Assembly (NCBI GenBank): GCA_044892525.1
Contig: CM097885.1
Location: forward strand, 6,760,001 to 6,824,000
DNA from: Schmidtea polychroa
Taxonomy: Eukaryota
Reading direction: 5' to 3'
DNA: 64,000 bases
Positions 60,401-64,000 of this stretch are shown one piece after another (position 1 is the stretch's first letter; each line of letters begins with the position of its first letter). The position numbers and the translations under genes were made by a program. Under the pieces are notes generated by a model, which saw only the letters and a list, made by a program, of their open reading frames with translations, made no database searches and had not been told where the DNA came from.

Positions 60401-60643
60401 TTGGACTTGTGAATAGAGCATGTCAAAAATGGTCTTTCTGCAAGCGTGTGACTGCTTGCAGGATGAATTTACAATGGCACGTGTGCGAGCATTTTTACTG
60501 GGATAGTACTAATACATACAAACAAAAGTTGGGACCTGTAAACCCTTTTAAACAGCAGTCTTTTGCAGGGATATTTCATTTTCTAGCATAAGCACAACTT
60601 TTTAGGCATGTTTGGAGGGAAAAAAAATTTTCGACCCACCCTA
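57474..60643 (-). mobile_element. Apparently intact autonomous hAT-superfamily (hATm-type) transposon, 3170 bp
   Basis: Perfect 14-bp TIR TAGGGTGGGTCGAA / TTCGACCCACCCTA; perfect 8-bp TSD TTGTATAT (57466-57473, 60644-60651); single uninterrupted ORF. Confidence 0.92.
57920..60241 (-). CDS. DDE transposase, hATm-like (773 aa from the TTG; true ATG probably slightly downstream)
   Basis: LGFDGKQD (D1), VCDGTNTNTG (D2), ICLLHANEL (CxxH), SRWLT, PCHSQAVER (E); Cys-rich N-terminus. Subgroup name is from recall of similar proteins. Confidence 0.85.
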   Translation of the reverse strand: MFRLDIKSLLDLIKKVNLMIHFYFARAEYRRAVMKGQRNKQFRKTRSKSRHCLFGQTCELPRNQLPTCEDVFRDYCYNEKCTQFHTGFNEQATLLANKVKEIYMKASIPTVEFSSIVVRVKRLISKVRELEKYPECKRSSAKFQDKLSSFSKLFDICCCKCFNDGARGRSQCTCRLALKIPTLEWEFWIDQQTTRNMKIGNTDRQETSKLKRKQTKSSPTGKGKQMKNEIMDTEVNDLHPTSRSDTESEAASDESKDKLDNSTESSESSVEECDEFQNRRHYPGLSKAVDRCGVSNRDTCLLVNAFLKDMELLSSQTIIDPAKLRRQRKYWREREIEQHSAEAKNLICLGFDGKQDSTLLHRRILKEEHYVIVAFPGDTYIDHVVPQSSKAVDIGKEIMSIIVRTQSSLTLQAIVCDGTNTNTGKNNGIIRRLEKSLGRPLQWLICLLHANELPFRKYFSVVDGGETKGPKTSCGEIESVLDFDPKDKPVVAFMSLPGKVVDISENVKKELNTDQLYFLRVCLVVQKGYHNNKDVPFLQMAQPGNLNHSRWLTKANRILRLYMSETAPSEPLMRIVKFIVNFYGPSWFYIKTHSSCQDGARNIFYMLQLLQDLDPSDQEIIFPVIQNNNYFSHPENILLAAVGDDEEIRKFATEKIITARQNFLPSEVIRTMDKNTVFLQSSATSYVDMIDWTKCNLTPPPLLSHILDHELKMNKKITLEQFPCHSQAVERAIKDVSSASCKVFGHKSRHGMVLLCKKSRKELPKVQSKADFM

Positions 60644-61469
60644 TTGTATATTCCAATTTACTAATTGAACAAAAATAATATCAGCCAGATTTTCAATATT
60701 ATTTGAATTATATATAAAACCAAGTATCCTTCGCCAGATACAATCGGTTGATGGGATCCTTAACACTAAACGTACCATGAACAGTTGAAAACTTTTGAAT
60801 AGAAAATTAGCATACAATATTTTCGCTTTTTACACTTGACCTCATTACTTTGCTATTAGATATATACAATTAATTTTTATTTTATTTTGTTAATCATACC
60901 ATATTTACCACGACAAATCATTTAATCGAGATAAATATTTACTTCCTTATCAGGTGTTTGGATATGGAAATGCACATTCTACGTATTGTATCAGTTTGTG
61001 GCACATTTCTGAAAACCTGTTGCGATTTAAGCTCAATAAAAAATAGTTGTGAATTGAAATTTCAAGTTGGAAGTATTGTTTAAATGGAAAGAAAAGTCAA
61101 AAAACTAAACATTCTTGGTAGCTAGTTTTCTATTTTGTTTTGTTTTGTTTATTTTGATTATTTAACCACATCGACATCAATTTGGAGACCCCAGTATTTT
61201 CACACGGCCTTATTACGAATAAAAGTTGCAAGTCAAGTGAAGGTGATGTACATTGAATCGAATCCACGGCAAGGAAGAGCCAATTCACAGGCAATGTAGT
61301 TTCTCAAAGGGCTCTTCATTAAATTTGCACAATATTAGCAGGAATTGAATTTTTAGTAAATATTTCAATTAAAATATTTGTTATGTTTCAATGGGTGCCT
61401 TACAGCTAACTAGTTAAAGAAGATTTGAATTACGATTCACAATACTTTTCAAAGAAATTTAGAAGGCTT

Positions 61470-62140
61470 ATCAGGGAGGTGCCAGAGTATTTGGCACCTT
61501 AAGCGAACCTGTTGCACTGTATCTCCCGCACTCACGGTCACTAATTATTTAATTAATATTAACGTTCACAAAGAAATGCAGAATGATATGCTGTCGATTT
61601 TATACCATTCAGATTTTGTTTCTTGGAGCGTACCTTGCATTTCATTCTGTGATTCAAACTCTTATGATACTGTCATCTCCTCGTATTTATCCGCTTCCTT
61701 GTCCGCTTTCTTATGAGGTGTGCATAGATAGTTTAACCACGAGTCTCCTTGTTCTGATATATATTTTTCATTTTCAGTCCGTAGTTTACAACACTGTGCA
61801 CCAGACAATCGTTTTCTCTCTGCCATTGGGGATTGAAATAACAACGGAAATTTTTAAATATAACGTTCTACAAAAGTAAAACTAAGTATCTTAGTTAAAG
61901 TAATTAAGTAGCCAATCGACAAGAATCAAATTTTAATTTTTGCTGGCTTTATGATGATCAGGATCATTATCATGGATGTCATACTGCGTGATTTCATTTC
62001 CGTAAGTTGGGTCTTTCAATAATTGAATTAAATTTTGCAAGGAAGTTCCACTGTTTTTCCGCAATTTCTTCTTTTTCTCCTTTAATTTATCAGAACTACG
62101 CCTATACTTTATTCCTGCATCTTTGTCTCTACTAGTCATG
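61470..62140 (-). mobile_element. hAT/Tip100-type N-terminal fragments
   Basis: MAERKRLSGAQCCKLR basic leader resembling the ORF at 63536; CAGGG.GG TIR-like sequence at ~61472. Confidence 0.4.
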
Positions 62141-63056
62141 TTGCGAAATTATCTAAAAGTAATATTATAAAAAACAAACAAAAAAAAGTTAACTATTTAA
62201 AAAAGCTATTTAAAAAAGCAAGTTTCAACACAAAATTTGCTGTCAATTTTATCTTAGTAAGTAGTTAATGATAATAGATATATGATTAAATTTTTCTGGT
62301 TGGATATCAAACTTGGTGTATATTATTTAATAAGGAAATTAAATCGGCAGTTCAATCTGGTTTCGGTTTTATCCCTTCAACGAGATTTCAACAAAAATTT
62401 AATTTCAACTATTTTTAAAATTCCCATTTCGTTTCCACACGTGTGTAACAGCTGCAATTGCAATTGCAATTTTGTAACACTTAAAATTCACTATAAAGTT
62501 CACAAAATTCACTTAAATTATTTTAGGATCTAGAAAGTCATAAAAAACAATTTATTAAAATATTTAATTACTTATTTTTGAATTTTGGTTAATTTTGTAC
62601 ACTTGTTGCAGACATAAAATTTCTAAATTTTTCTAAAATTGTTCTGTGCCTTAAGAATTATATGGTTTCAAGATCTTTGAATATGATTTTAAAATCTTAT
62701 AAGATTCAGAGAATTTACTGTCTTTTACTTGCCTTAATGATTAGTCATTTATCTTGAAATTCTACAATAATTGTGAGGTTCTGTAAGCCTGTAATGCCTT
62801 TATATAGCATTTCTCAAGGCTTCATTCTTACTTTTGTTTGAATAAGTAATTAAGTAAAATGTTCGTCATTTCTTTTGCAAAATTTAACAAAGAAATAATT
62901 ATTAATAACTTTCATTCTTATAATATTTATATATATTAATTGAATAATATATCATAATCATGATTTGTTTACCTAATTATTATACGTAATCAGTTTGCAT
63001 AAAGTTTTTTAATTTGGTAGATTTATTTTAATCAAAAACACCATTTTTATTTCAAT

Positions 63057-64000
63057 CAGGGCTGGCCTTAGGCACAAGCAAAGCAGGCAGTTGCCTAGGG
63101 CGCCAAAATCTGGAACGCATTTTTGTGTTTTTCACTTTCTAAACCTTTTTTTCATTTAAGTCGTTGCATTTTCATTAATTTCGTATTAAAAACTGTTGCT
63201 TATAACTTATAATATTTCTAACAGGTCAATTTTACCTCAATCATGTGTTTATAATTAGATTCACTTTTCGTCTTTTTAATAGATAAAATGATTATCATTC
63301 AGAACAAAATAATATTATCATAATTAGTTATATCGACTAAATTTTGTTTCAAATTTAGTTATTTATAATTTATATTGATGACTAATGAGCGTTATTATTA
63401 AAATGATTTTGCAACAAAACGCAGACAGTATTGAAATAAGTTAACTATCCTTTAAAATCTGTAGTACTTTTAAATTTTAATCAGTTTCTTAGTTATATCT
63501 AATTGCTAAATATTTAAAAATAATCTCCAAACCCTATGAAACGTCAGAAGAACTCGGGTGCTCAATCTCGTCAGAAAAAGCGACAAGCAAAACTTAGTAT
63601 GAAAAAGCAAACAGGATGGCTTTCCAGATATTTTGAGAAAATCAATACTACTCCATCTGTTAATATCATTTCCCAGTCTGGCTAGTCATCAGCTAGCAAT
63701 TCAGAAACTACAACATTTAATGTTAATAATGAAGATGTTGCTCAAAATGAAACGGAAGTAGACCTTACTGTCACTGAAGATGAACTTATAAGTTCATTTG
63801 CCTCTGATTCCGATTTAAATGCATCTCTAAGTACAGAAAACAATAAAGAAGCAGCCGTGGAAGAAAATCGATTTGATTTTGACGATCCAGCCAATTGGCC
63901 AAATATAATAGATGATGCCACTCGAGTAGCATTTGTAAAGAAAGGCCCAGTAAGAATGACAGAGTATGATTTTCCTAAAAATGAAGCTCAGAACAATCGT
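63057..64000 (+). mobile_element. hAT/Tip100 (ZMYM1-like) element, 5' part, runs off the window
   Basis: Terminus CAGGGCTGGCCTTAGG. Frame from ATG 63536: MKRQKNSGAQSRQKK...DDPANWP...KGP...FPKN, with one in-frame TAG at 63683. Confidence 0.75.

Noticed and set aside
60954..61046. Candidate next GRK2 exon
   Set aside because: The phase-0 translation does not resemble the PH domain remainder.

Overview
AT-rich animal genomic DNA. The 42-54 nt introns, (AAT)n/(AT)n microsatellites and TTAGGG repeat suggest a planarian/flatworm-type genome (inference). Two spliced host genes were reconstructed by hand, arranged head-to-head about 3.8 kb apart. (1) A tandem cNMP-binding-domain (CNBD2-like) gene on the minus strand, 12910 to ~5296, 7 exons. 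(2) A GRK2/3-family (beta-adrenergic receptor kinase) gene on the plus strand from 16745 to beyond 56347; 12 exons were found, while ~137 nt of RH-domain coding sequence and the end of the PH domain were not located. The rest is mostly decayed mobile DNA: Penelope-like retroelements (PLEs), Gypsy/LTR remnants, Merlin, Tc1, pogo/Tigger, MULE, piggyBac-type MITEs and several hAT elements. One element is apparently intact: a 3.17-kb hATm-type transposon with perfect 14-bp TIRs, a perfect 8-bp TSD and an uninterrupted transposase ORF. Least obvious observations: a set of minimal type I hammerhead ribozymes of two classes (canonical CUGAUGA and a compensated U3-A8 variant), two of them sense-oriented inside GRK introns; two antisense intronic relics resembling Mab-21/cGAS-like nucleotidyltransferases; an actin pseudogene fragment; a punctuated interstitial telomeric array; and a hAT element with an internal inversion. 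All family assignments are by eye, without database searches.
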